DNA of 64,000 nt from a virus (taxonomy: Duplodnaviria; Caudoviricetes): the IMG/VR virus record IMGVR_UViG_3300031993_000053, positions 1 through 64,000 of that record; one strand, given 5' to 3'. The first letter of the stretch is position 1, and every line of letters begins with the position of its first letter. Of the stretch, positions 17,863-26,920 are shown in pieces. The notes below the pieces were generated by a model that worked only from the letters and a program-made list of their open reading frames with translations, was not told the DNA's origin and ran no database searches. The translations under genes and the position numbers were made by a program.

Positions 17863-18150
17863 ATGGTAAATTTAGTTATTAATGCTGACACAAAAAGAAA
17901 ATATGGAACTGCATTAGGAACAATTGCAGATTCTAAACCAACAAGTAGATCATCAACGGGAGTTAGAGGTGTTTATAAAGTTTGGTATAAAGATTTATAT
18001 CAAGCAAGAATTCAAATTAATGGTAAAGAAATTATTTTAATTACAACTCCTGATTTTGAAGAAGCAGTAAACGTTAGAAAAGAAGCTGAAGAAACTTATT
18101 ATAAACCAATTGTTGATAGAGCAATTAATAATGGAGATTTTATTGCTTAA
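17863..18150 (+). CDS. standalone AP2 DNA-binding domain protein
   Basis: STGVRGVY..YQARIQINGK..L....FEEAVNVRKEAEE, the AP2 domain of HNH-AP2 endonucleases without the nuclease. Confidence 0.75.
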   Translation: MVNLVINADTKRKYGTALGTIADSKPTSRSSTGVRGVYKVWYKDLYQARIQINGKEIILITTPDFEEAVNVRKEAEETYYKPIVDRAINNGDFIA

Positions 18151-18407
18151 TGGAATTTAACATTGGTGATAAATTTAAATTAGTTAAAAACTGTTTGGGG
18201 GAAACTTTAAATACAACCATAACTATTTTAAATGAACCAAATAACAGAAATATGGTTTTAGTTAAATCCGAATGGTTTGTTATAAAAATTGAAGGTAAAG
18301 TTAAAAAGACTGATGAATCATGGCTTGGAGTAGATTATTTAGAAGACCGATTAAATAGAGGATATGCTATTAGAGTAGAGAAAAAAGGTAATAAAGATGA
18401 AAAATAA
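18150..18407 (+). CDS. hypothetical protein
   Basis: ORF track; FNIGDK start typical of small SH3-like phage proteins. Confidence 0.6.
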   Translation: MEFNIGDKFKLVKNCLGETLNTTITILNEPNNRNMVLVKSEWFVIKIEGKVKKTDESWLGVDYLEDRLNRGYAIRVEKKGNKDEK

Positions 18408-18468
18408 ATGGCATAAAATATATTTTGATATATATAATTAAATTATAGCGAAAGGTTATTGATATAGA

Positions 18469-18735
18469 ATGAAATTAATTGATGATATTGAAGATTTAAA
18501 AACATTACAAGCAACAATTGATCATCCAATTGGACGATATAGAATTGCAAAGTTAATTGAAAAATTAGAATATATTAAAACTCTAACTGATTTGTTTGAT
18601 AAAGAGGTTAGCCGTGCTTATTTTCATGTTAAAAGAATACATAATATTCCATGGTTATTTTTTAGGGATAAAGAATTAATGTTATTAACAGAAAAGCAAG
18701 CAGAAAATATTAATAAAATTATAAAAAGTAGGTGA
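18469..18735 (+). CDS. hypothetical protein
   Basis: ORF track. Confidence 0.6.
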   Translation: MKLIDDIEDLKTLQATIDHPIGRYRIAKLIEKLEYIKTLTDLFDKEVSRAYFHVKRIHNIPWLFFRDKELMLLTEKQAENINKIIKSR

Positions 18736-18739
18736 TGAT

Positions 18740-19075
18740 ATGATTTATCAAGTGTATATGGGTTCTGATGTAATTAATTCATCAGTTCCACCAGAAAATA
18801 AAATTGGACAATTTAATTCTTATGATGAAGCATTAAAACAATATAGAAAATGTCAAAAAAGATGTAAAGAAATGTGTGAAGAAGAATGCTATAAATATAA
18901 TAGAAATTATTGTTATATGATTGAAATTAATCCAAATAAAAAATTATATGGATATATAAAAGGAATGAAAATTGATAATGGCTATGATTCGCGTACTGTT
19001 ATGTGGAATAGTTATTCAGCATATCCAAGTATTCATAATATGAGCCATAATGAAGAAGGATACAGCAAATATTAA
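18740..19075 (+). CDS. hypothetical protein
   Basis: ORF track. Confidence 0.6.
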   Translation: MIYQVYMGSDVINSSVPPENKIGQFNSYDEALKQYRKCQKRCKEMCEEECYKYNRNYCYMIEINPNKKLYGYIKGMKIDNGYDSRTVMWNSYSAYPSIHNMSHNEEGYSKY

Positions 19076-19086
19076 GGAGGACATAA

Positions 19087-19416
19087 ATGTTTTATTTAAC
19101 TGAAGACGGAACTTTATATGATAATACAAAAGATGAATTACCGAATCTTGAACCTCATATAAGAGCTGCAAATAATATTTTTAAGTTATTGCAAATGTAT
19201 GATTTTGTTTATACTCAATCTGAAAAAGGTGAAGATGTTGGTTTTGTTACAGAGACAACACAAGATTATTTTGTTGTTACATTTACTCATAGAAATACAA
19301 AAGTAAAATTTAAATATGAGGACGATAAAAAGTTAAGATTAATAAAAGAATTATGGACTCGTACTAATGCTAAAACATTTAGAAGATTTTGGATTAGTGA
19401 AGACTATTTAAAATGA
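19087..19416 (+). CDS. hypothetical protein, distant paralogue family A
   Basis: YLTEDGTLY...IRAANNIFKL; aaggagg RBS. Confidence 0.65.
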   Translation: MFYLTEDGTLYDNTKDELPNLEPHIRAANNIFKLLQMYDFVYTQSEKGEDVGFVTETTQDYFVVTFTHRNTKVKFKYEDDKKLRLIKELWTRTNAKTFRRFWISEDYLK

Positions 19417-19488
19417 CTTTGTGGAGATGTTATTGTCAATTATTAAGGTTTTAAAAAATAAAGCTCCCAGAAACTAGTTATTTTTGTC

Positions 19489-19540
19489 AGAATGTCAGTG
19501 AAAATAAGGGGTTTTATTTTTGCCTAAAATATGATATAAT
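19489..19540 (+). promoter_or_regulatory. single iteron copy (AGAATGTCAGTGAAAAT) plus extended -10 promoter of the helicase-TerS operon
   Basis: motif at 19489-19505; TGATATAAT at 19532-19540. Confidence 0.7.
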
Positions 19541-19569
19541 ATTATTACAATAGAAAGGATACAATAAGT

Positions 19570-21276
19570 ATGAGCACTAAATTAGATAAAATTATTAATA
19601 GTGTTAATACAGCAGAATTAATGACAAGAAGTTTGAGTGAATGGAAATCAATACTTGCAAGAGAATGTCAAGTATTTGTAGTTAATGAAAACTATCTTGC
19701 TAAAAGATTTGATCAAATTAATTATAAATTTTGTGAAGTCGATGAAGCAAGGCAGGTATTAATTGATAATCTATATGCACTCCTTCGTTATAAATATTTT
19801 ACTAAAATTGATGATGAAGCTGAAAAGCGAATTACTGAAATTGTTAAATTTTTTACTACTAATTTAAAAACATCTTTAATAAGAGCAAGTTTTGATTTTG
19901 ATACTGATGCTGAAAAAATAAGCTTTTTAGAAAATGGACAAGTAGCATTCAGAAATGGAGTATTTGATTTTAAAAAAAATGATTGGCTATTTAAATATAC
20001 AGTTATTAATATTCCTGAAATATCAAACAATATCTATGTTTATCCAACTCAATATATAGTTCAATGGTATTTTAATTTTAACTTTGATCCATTTCCATTA
20101 AATGTTAATGAATTTTCTGTTGAAGATTTTTTAGATTTTATGAAAGATTGGAATAAAGAAAATAGAAATTATTGCTTTGAATTATTATATAATATGTCAC
20201 ATGATGAATCTCATAAATTTAGTATAAAAAAGTTTAAACACTTATGTGAGATATTAGGATATTCATTATTACAAACATTTAGTCAAAACTTTGTTTTATT
20301 AATTGGATCTGGACAAAATGGTAAAAATTCATTATTTGATGGCTGCTTTACAAACCGTCTTGTTCCAAGACCAGCAGCAAATAGTTTAGATGAAATTGAA
20401 GAAGATAAATTTGTTACTGGAACTTTAGAAAATGTTGCTCATAATATTTTCTTAGAAACATCAGCTAAAACTTATACAGAGTCTAAAATGATTAAAGCTT
20501 TAACTGGATCAATGTATCAAACAGTTCAAAACAAAGGTGTTTCTAAATATTCATCTATTATAAATTGTAAATATATTTTTGCTGGTAATGATCAAGATAA
20601 AATTAAATTTTCTGATAATACAAATGGTTTTAGAAGAAGAATAAATATTTATGAAATCTTTTATCGCTGGGATCCAATGAAAAATTTCTTAAAGCGTGGA
20701 GATTATTTTGATACGTCTTTTTCTGATGATTTACATGAATTAAAAAATGATATACTAAATACAATCGTATATATTTATTTTGGTATTTATGGTATTTTAT
20801 CAGCAACTAAAAACTTTGAAGGTAATTTTAAATTTACAGCAAATGATTGGAAATTAAATTATTCTGATATTGATTTTGATCTTAAAGAATGTATTGAAAA
20901 TGTTACATTAGAAAAGATTGCAACATTTATTAAATCAAGCACTAAAAATTATTCTGATGGACGATCTTTACTTTATGATTTAAATAGAGAAAAATTATAT
21001 CTATCTAAAACAATTAAAAATGTTGGCGTTCATAATTTTGAAGATATGGTTAAAATGTTTAGTGTAGATGAAGAATCTTGCTTGACATATTTTTCTGAAT
21101 ATGATGTTTATATTGATTTAAAATTATTGCAATCAATTTGTAATTATAATGGACCTTCGGCTAATTTTATATCATCAATTAAAAAATTATATCAATTAAC
21201 AGATACAGTTCAAATCGGTTCAAGACCATGTATTAAAGTTGGATTTGTTAATAATAAATTAAGGGTGATTGTATAA
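19570..21276 (+). CDS. D5-like SF3 helicase (primase-associated NTPase)
   Basis: AFRNGVFD D5_N-like motif; GSGQNGKNSL Walker A; IFAGN motif C; GFRRRI arginine finger. Confidence 0.85.
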   Translation: MSTKLDKIINSVNTAELMTRSLSEWKSILARECQVFVVNENYLAKRFDQINYKFCEVDEARQVLIDNLYALLRYKYFTKIDDEAEKRITEIVKFFTTNLKTSLIRASFDFDTDAEKISFLENGQVAFRNGVFDFKKNDWLFKYTVINIPEISNNIYVYPTQYIVQWYFNFNFDPFPLNVNEFSVEDFLDFMKDWNKENRNYCFELLYNMSHDESHKFSIKKFKHLCEILGYSLLQTFSQNFVLLIGSGQNGKNSLFDGCFTNRLVPRPAANSLDEIEEDKFVTGTLENVAHNIFLETSAKTYTESKMIKALTGSMYQTVQNKGVSKYSSIINCKYIFAGNDQDKIKFSDNTNGFRRRINIYEIFYRWDPMKNFLKRGDYFDTSFSDDLHELKNDILNTIVYIYFGIYGILSATKNFEGNFKFTANDWKLNYSDIDFDLKECIENVTLEKIATFIKSSTKNYSDGRSLLYDLNREKLYLSKTIKNVGVHNFEDMVKMFSVDEESCLTYFSEYDVYIDLKLLQSICNYNGPSANFISSIKKLYQLTDTVQIGSRPCIKVGFVNNKLRVIV

Positions 21277-21965
21277 TGGATGAAAATAAAACTCAAACAA
21301 TATATGTTCCTGTTAATGCTGAAGATGAACAAAGAGAATATCTTGCAAAATTAAATACTGATCCTGAATATTCGCTTGAAGTTGATCCTACTAATAAATA
21401 TTCTTTATCTAATGATCAAAAGAGTTTTGTTAAATTATTTCTTCAATATAATAATATTCCAATTGTTTGTGAATTATTACATATTGAAGAGAGTGTAGCA
21501 CGAGGATATTTATTACAAGTTGATATTCAAAATGAATTGAATCGTATTAAACGAGCAAGATATCATCGACAATTTGCAAATAAATTGTTAGATGTAAATC
21601 AAGTTGGTGGATATTTAAGTAGCTTGTTAACAGATGAAAATGTTCCAGTTTATGAACAGTTATCAATGAAACAAAAATTACATGTAGCTGAATTAATTAT
21701 TAAAATAAATGATATGAAAAATAAAGCTATAGATAATCCAAGAGATTTTATTGAAACAAAAGCTGTTGAAGAACAAGTTAAAGAAATGTCTCCAAAAGAT
21801 ATTAAAAAATTAATTAATTCATCGCAAGATAAAAAAACTAGTCTTGAAAAAGAATTAATTATTACTCAACTAAATAAGGATAATGATTTGACTGATGAAG
21901 ATATTGAATATTTAAGATCTTTATCTCTTGATGAATTAAAGAAGTTAAATCAAGGTGAATCATAA
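21276..21965 (+). CDS. terminase small subunit-like HTH protein
   Basis: LSNDQKSFVKLFLQYNN...ARGYLLQVDIQNEL resembles the TerS HTH (LT.KQ..F...Y....N). Confidence 0.55.
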   Translation: MDENKTQTIYVPVNAEDEQREYLAKLNTDPEYSLEVDPTNKYSLSNDQKSFVKLFLQYNNIPIVCELLHIEESVARGYLLQVDIQNELNRIKRARYHRQFANKLLDVNQVGGYLSSLLTDENVPVYEQLSMKQKLHVAELIIKINDMKNKAIDNPRDFIETKAVEEQVKEMSPKDIKKLINSSQDKKTSLEKELIITQLNKDNDLTDEDIEYLRSLSLDELKKLNQGES

Positions 21966-22210
21966 TGTATATTACACAACAAGCATTAGATATTGCAGGC
22001 GTCACTTATGATGAATATTTAACTTGGTGTGAAGAAAATAACAAACTACCATACAAAGAAAAAGTTAGAAATGAATTTTTTAAACGAATATTTGATGGAC
22101 GAATTGTTAGAGATAGTAAAACTCAACGGCTTATTAATAAGCATAGAATAGGATATAATAATAGTGATGAAGATGATGAGGAGTATTATTATGAAGACAC
22201 AGACTCATAA
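21965..22210 (+). CDS. hypothetical protein
   Basis: ORF track. Confidence 0.65.
   Translation: MYITQQALDIAGVTYDEYLTWCEENNKLPYKEKVRNEFFKRIFDGRIVRDSKTQRLINKHRIGYNNSDEDDEEYYYEDTDS
22124..22159 (+). promoter_or_regulatory. internal phage promoter CAACGGCTT-N21-TATAAT
   Basis: motif 22124-22132, TATAAT 22154-22159, upstream of the ATG at 22191. Confidence 0.6.
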
Positions 22211-22397
22211 ATTATATGTTTATAAAAAGAAAAAATTAAGGCCAGCTCTTGTTGTTGAATTAAATGAACAAGATATAACACGATATATGAATGATTTATA
22301 TAATCAATTAGATAAAAATGTTGATAATAAATATTTATATATTAAGCCACAAGTTTTAATTTTAAAAGAAGGAATTGAAAAAATAATTATTAATTAA
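22191..22397 (+). CDS. hypothetical protein
   Basis: ORF track 22164-22397; gaggag RBS favours ATG 22191. Confidence 0.6.
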   Translation: MKTQTHKLYVYKKKKLRPALVVELNEQDITRYMNDLYNQLDKNVDNKYLYIKPQVLILKEGIEKIIIN

Positions 22398-22402
22398 TTT
22401 AG

Positions 22403-22431
22403 TAGACACTTAAAGAAAAGTATAGTATAAT
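22403..22431 (+). promoter_or_regulatory. sigma70-type promoter TAGACA-N17-TATAAT
   Basis: direct reading. Confidence 0.7.
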
Positions 22432-22436
22432 ATAAA

Positions 22437-22546
22437 TAGAAAAAATGTATAATTTTTTCCGTTTGCAAGTATCTTGTCCTCAAGATACAAACTCCTTTCT
22501 TTAAGTGTGCTATGTTATTAATTTAATTAATAATGTAGCATTTTTT
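22437..22546 (+). ncRNA. candidate three-hairpin sRNA ending in an intrinsic terminator
   Basis: hairpins gaaaaaat/attttttc and gtttg..gtatcttg/caagatac-aaac, unpaired CTCCTTTCTTTAAG, terminator tgctatgttattaat/attaataatgtagca + T6. Confidence 0.5.
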
Positions 22547-22568
22547 ATTATAAAAATAAGGAGAACGT

Positions 22569-23681
22569 ATGAAATTATCACATTCAAAATTATCTTTAAT
22601 TTTAACTTGTCCAATGAGTTATTATTTAAATTATAAACAAGGAATTAAATTAAAAGATGAAAAAGCAGCATTTGCTATTGGTTCAGCCGTTCACTGGGGT
22701 ATTGAACATAACACCGAAGATTTAACAGATTATTATAAAGAAAAAGGAATTTTTCAATCTGATTATGGTAAAGATGAACTTTTAGCAGAATCAATGGTTC
22801 ATGGTTATTTAAAGCATAAAGATGAACTATTTAAGGATTTATTACAAGATTTAGAAGAACCAGATAAACAATTAGAATTATTAGAAGAAATTCATGAATT
22901 AGAAATTACAGCACCATTAAAAAGTAATAAATATAAAGAACCTCATGAATTTTTAGGAATTATTGACTTATTGTTATTAACTAATAAAGGATTTATTATT
23001 GTTGACTATAAAACTAGTTCACAAACGCCAGATTGGGATAAATATTTAGAGCAAATTTATCGATACATCTTTTTGGTAAAGCATGAATTTCCAGATATTC
23101 CAATTTATAAAATTGGTATAATTAATCTTAAAAAGTCAATGATTAGAATCAAAAAAGATGAGAATAATGAAAGTTTCTTATTAAGATTACGTAGAGAATA
23201 TGATATTAATGAAGATTTAATAAATAGTCATATATTTATTAGGCAAGATTTAGATGAACAATTAATTAATGATTATATTGAAAATCTATCTAATATGGCT
23301 GATATGGCACAATTTATTGATGAAAATGAAGCTTACTATATTAATTATCCTAATGCTATGGGAATTATTTATGGTAAATCTGATTATTATAATATCTTCT
23401 TTAATACTCAAGATTGTTATATATTATATAAAATTAAAGATAAAACTTTAGATGAAGATGGTAATATTTTAACTGAACGTGATTGTTTACCAATTGATAT
23501 GAAGGTAATTAAATCAAAAAACGTATTAAACCATTACGATATGTTCATCGAAAAATATCCAGTAGATCTAACAGATAAAGAAGCAGTATTTAATTACTTT
23601 AAAAAGAATTTTATAACTGATGATTATCTATTAGAAAAATATTGGGAATTATTTGAGGTGGAGATGCGTAATGCCAGCTAG
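22569..23681 (+). CDS. PD-(D/E)XK (RecB-like) exonuclease
   Basis: LSHSKL...CP..YYL.Y; GSAVH; GIIDLL...IVDYKT; QIYRY. Confidence 0.85.
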   Translation: MKLSHSKLSLILTCPMSYYLNYKQGIKLKDEKAAFAIGSAVHWGIEHNTEDLTDYYKEKGIFQSDYGKDELLAESMVHGYLKHKDELFKDLLQDLEEPDKQLELLEEIHELEITAPLKSNKYKEPHEFLGIIDLLLLTNKGFIIVDYKTSSQTPDWDKYLEQIYRYIFLVKHEFPDIPIYKIGIINLKKSMIRIKKDENNESFLLRLRREYDINEDLINSHIFIRQDLDEQLINDYIENLSNMADMAQFIDENEAYYINYPNAMGIIYGKSDYYNIFFNTQDCYILYKIKDKTLDEDGNILTERDCLPIDMKVIKSKNVLNHYDMFIEKYPVDLTDKEAVFNYFKKNFITDDYLLEKYWELFEVEMRNAS

Positions 23682-24015
23682 AAATATTAAAGTTTTATCA
23701 CAAGAAGAATTAGATTATTTAAATTCAATTTATACATTTGAATATGAAGATAATATGGTTGCTGTTATGTGTAAAAATAGAATTGCAATTCATAATGCAG
23801 ATCAAAAGTTTACAATATCAACACCAATTAGTAAAATAACGCTAACTCTTGATGCTATTGAATATTGGAAAAGGCAAAGACATAATCATGTAAGTTATTC
23901 TTTATTTGATATCCAAAATACAATGAACTTATTAAAAGTTATTTATCAAGAAGTTAATTATGAAAACGTTATGAACTATTTAAGAAATGACATAAAACAA
24001 ATTAAAAACATTTAA
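23671..24015 (+). CDS. hypothetical protein
   Basis: ORF track 23653; RBS favours ATG 23671. Confidence 0.6.
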   Translation: MPARNIKVLSQEELDYLNSIYTFEYEDNMVAVMCKNRIAIHNADQKFTISTPISKITLTLDAIEYWKRQRHNHVSYSLFDIQNTMNLLKVIYQEVNYENVMNYLRNDIKQIKNI

Positions 24016-24029
24016 GGAAAGGAGAAATT

Positions 24030-25127
24030 ATGTCAAAAAAGATTAAATTAGGTTTATTTGCTGAACCAGGAACTGGTAAATCAGTATTTGCATTTGGTGC
24101 TTCTAAGCCATTCTTTATTTGTACAGATGGCAACTATGAATGGTTAGAAGATTGGGGAGCTAAAGAAGAAGATCATAAACAAGTCTACTCTTGGGCTGAA
24201 GCTAAAAATTTAATCAATGAAATGGTTAATACTCCTAAATATAATAAGTATGATACTATTGTTATTGATTTACTTGAAGACTTATTCAAGTGGTGTGAAA
24301 AAGAATGGGTTGAAAAGAATAATCTTCAACATGTTGGTGATTTAGGATTTGGTAAAGGTTATGATATTACAAGAAGTGAATTCTTTATTGAAATTTGTAA
24401 ATTACTTAACTTAGATAAAAATGTTATTTTAATCATGCATGGACTTGCTAAAACAGTCAAAGACCGTCGTGGTGTTGAATATACTAAGTATGTTCCAACG
24501 GATAAGATTCCAGAAAAGTTATTAAATCAAATTGAAGGCCGCGTTAGATATTTCTTACGTGCATTTGCTGTAACAGAAGAATCTTCTGATGGTAAATTAA
24601 TTGTCAATCGTTATTTAAGTTTAAGTCCAGATGGAACAACTGAATATGGTATTACAAGAGGATTAGATTCAACAAAGATTCCAAGATATATTCCACTTGA
24701 TTGGAACACTTTCTATGCTATTGCAACAGATCCTAAATATAGACCAGAAGGTAATACTAATCCGATTAAAGATTCTGCTGAGCCAAAAGTAGAAGTTAAA
24801 CTTCCAAAAGTTAATAAACAAAATCCAGTTGAAGATTTAGTTGATGAAGTAGAAACTAAAACAGCAAAAGTATCAACAGAAACTAAACCTGAAGAAAACG
24901 TAGCAAGTTATACTGAAACAGCTGAACCAGGCGAACTTGAAAAGTTAGCAAATGCAGTTGATCCTTCAACAATTACTGATGAACAAATTGTAACACCAGT
25001 TGCTGATAAAGCAGGCGAAGCAGAAAAACCAGCTGAACCAGAAAAGCCAGTCGATAGACCAATGACTAATGCTGAAAAAATTGCGGCTCTTAAAGCTAAA
25101 ATGAAAGCTAAACAATTAGGAAATTAA
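24030..25127 (+). CDS. AAA_24 / Sak4-like ATPase (single-strand annealing) with acidic disordered tail
   Basis: AEPGTGKS Walker A; TIVIDL Walker B; GFGKGY; ILIMH. Confidence 0.8.
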   Translation: MSKKIKLGLFAEPGTGKSVFAFGASKPFFICTDGNYEWLEDWGAKEEDHKQVYSWAEAKNLINEMVNTPKYNKYDTIVIDLLEDLFKWCEKEWVEKNNLQHVGDLGFGKGYDITRSEFFIEICKLLNLDKNVILIMHGLAKTVKDRRGVEYTKYVPTDKIPEKLLNQIEGRVRYFLRAFAVTEESSDGKLIVNRYLSLSPDGTTEYGITRGLDSTKIPRYIPLDWNTFYAIATDPKYRPEGNTNPIKDSAEPKVEVKLPKVNKQNPVEDLVDEVETKTAKVSTETKPEENVASYTETAEPGELEKLANAVDPSTITDEQIVTPVADKAGEAEKPAEPEKPVDRPMTNAEKIAALKAKMKAKQLGN

Positions 25128-25147
25128 TTTAAAGAAAGGAAATAATT

Positions 25148-25699
25148 ATGAACGAAAATACAATTAATTTTGATCAATTAAATAGTTTATTAAATAGTGT
25201 TAAGTTAGATGATGTTAATGCAGAATCTAATGAAAATCAAAATAATAGTCTTCCTGATGGTTATTATTTATGCGAAGTAGCAAAAGCTGAACTTACAACA
25301 AGTAAATCAAGCAACAAACCAATGGCAGCATTTAGATTTAAAGCTGTTGAAGATGGTATTGGTACTGTTATTGAAAATGGATTTACTAAAAAAGTTAATA
25401 TTGAACACACTGCAAATAGAGTATTATTTAAATATTATGTTTTAGGAACTGAAGAAGATGTTAAAAAGTTTGTTTCAGATATGCTTAAATTTGAAGAACC
25501 TGGTAATGAAGGTGTTCCTCTACTAGATAAAGAAGTATTCTTAGATGGCGAGGTTTTAGGTGATGCTATTGAAGCATTAGAAGGTGCTAGACTCTATGTT
25601 CAAGTATCTAATACTGTTAAAAAGTCTACTGGTGAAGCTCAAACTTGGTATAGTTTAATCTCTTGGAAGCGTGCTAAAGGATTAGAATTGCCTCTATAA
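25148..25699 (+). CDS. DUF669-like single-stranded DNA-binding protein
   Basis: LPDGYY.CEV.KAELTTSKSSNKPM..FRF pattern; follows the Sak4-like gene. Confidence 0.65.
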   Translation: MNENTINFDQLNSLLNSVKLDDVNAESNENQNNSLPDGYYLCEVAKAELTTSKSSNKPMAAFRFKAVEDGIGTVIENGFTKKVNIEHTANRVLFKYYVLGTEEDVKKFVSDMLKFEEPGNEGVPLLDKEVFLDGEVLGDAIEALEGARLYVQVSNTVKKSTGEAQTWYSLISWKRAKGLELPL

Positions 25700-25701
25700 T
25701 T

Positions 25702-26592
25702 ATGTCTGCAAGAGATACATTAAAATTAATAAATACTACTAATCTTATTAGTGCTGGCTTAAAATATTGTTTGGTCAGCACTGATAAATTACCATTTAAA
25801 ATCAATGGTAAAATTTTACAACCTAATAATATTAATGATTTTGTATCTCTTAAAGAATTAGAAGATTGTAAAATTTTAGATGATTTTGCTGGTATTGGTA
25901 TTTCTATTCAAGGAAGTAATATTTGTGCAATAGATGTAGATCATTGTTTTTCTGTTCCATTTGATCAAAAATCGGCCGATAGGCGAGCTCTTGATGTTAT
26001 AGAGAAATTTAAAAATATTGCATATATTGAATTTAGTTTTAGTGGGACAGGACTTAGATTATTATTTAAACATCCATTAATTGAATGTTATAGTAGATTA
26101 TTTTATATTAAAAATAGTAAAAATCAAATTGAATATTATGAGCCAAGTAAAAGTTATAGATATGTAACGCTTACTGGAAGGAGTATAATTAATAATAATA
26201 TTCATGAATGTCCAGATTCCATACTATATAATTTTCTCAATACTTATATGCTTAAGCCTATAAAAGATGACAGAAGCGAAATTTTAAGCCCTAAAATTGA
26301 AACTAGATCTTTTGAAGAAATATTTGAAAATGTTAAGTATCATTATTTAACAAATCATGTATTTCAAGATAGATGGTTTGGAAAGGCACCTGGTGCTGGA
26401 AAAGATGAAAGTGAAAGAGATTATTATATAATAAATTATATTTATACAAATATTACACAAGATAAAAAAATGATTAAACAAATATTTGAATCAAGTCCTT
26501 ACTTTAAAAGTAAAGATCATCAACATGTGTATAAATGGAATTATAATGATAACCGTTATCTTAATTTCATTTATGATCAAATAAGGAGATAA
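25702..26592 (+). CDS. AEP primase-polymerase (NrS-1-like) with C-terminal helical domain
   Basis: GIG...AIDVDHC, EFSFSGTGLRL, IEYY...RYVTLTG; C-terminal DESERD...QIFESSP. Confidence 0.8.
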   Translation: MSARDTLKLINTTNLISAGLKYCLVSTDKLPFKINGKILQPNNINDFVSLKELEDCKILDDFAGIGISIQGSNICAIDVDHCFSVPFDQKSADRRALDVIEKFKNIAYIEFSFSGTGLRLLFKHPLIECYSRLFYIKNSKNQIEYYEPSKSYRYVTLTGRSIINNNIHECPDSILYNFLNTYMLKPIKDDRSEILSPKIETRSFEEIFENVKYHYLTNHVFQDRWFGKAPGAGKDESERDYYIINYIYTNITQDKKMIKQIFESSPYFKSKDHQHVYKWNYNDNRYLNFIYDQIRR

Positions 26593-26593
26593 T

Positions 26594-26920
26594 ATGAATA
26601 ATAAAGATTTTGAAAAATTAGTTGATGAACAATTTGAAATGTGTAAATCTGTTTTATGTAATAAATCTAAAGAATATGATTTTGGCGAAGATAGATTACA
26701 TAGTTTTAAAGTTGCTAGCCAGCTTTTAAAAAGCACGCCAGAAGAAGCTTTAATGGGATATTTAACTAAACATATTATGAGCTTATATGATATGGTGCCA
26801 GAAATTGATAAGTTTAGTTATGATAAATTTAATGAAAAAATAGTCGATATTTTAAATTATTGTTTATTATTAAAAGGTCTTCTTTATGAAAGGAAAAAGA
26901 TTGATGAGTCAAGCAGATAA
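26594..26920 (+). CDS. DUF1599-like nucleotide-modification-associated alpha-helical protein
   Basis: K.KEYD..EDRLHSFK...GYLTKH...EKIVDILNYCLL pattern, adjacent to the TS-like gene. Confidence 0.6.
   Translation: MNNKDFEKLVDEQFEMCKSVLCNKSKEYDFGEDRLHSFKVASQLLKSTPEEALMGYLTKHIMSLYDMVPEIDKFSYDKFNEKIVDILNYCLLLKGLLYERKKIDESSR

Noticed and set aside
18406-18438. Sixth copy of the AACGGCTT promoter class (AAATGGCAT...TATAAT)
   Set aside because: Several mismatches and an 18-nt spacer; may be an ordinary promoter.
22569-23681. Cas4 / CRISPR-associated nuclease
   Set aside because: Lacks the Cys cluster ligands and sits in a Sak4/SSB recombination module; ordinary PD-(D/E)XK exonuclease.
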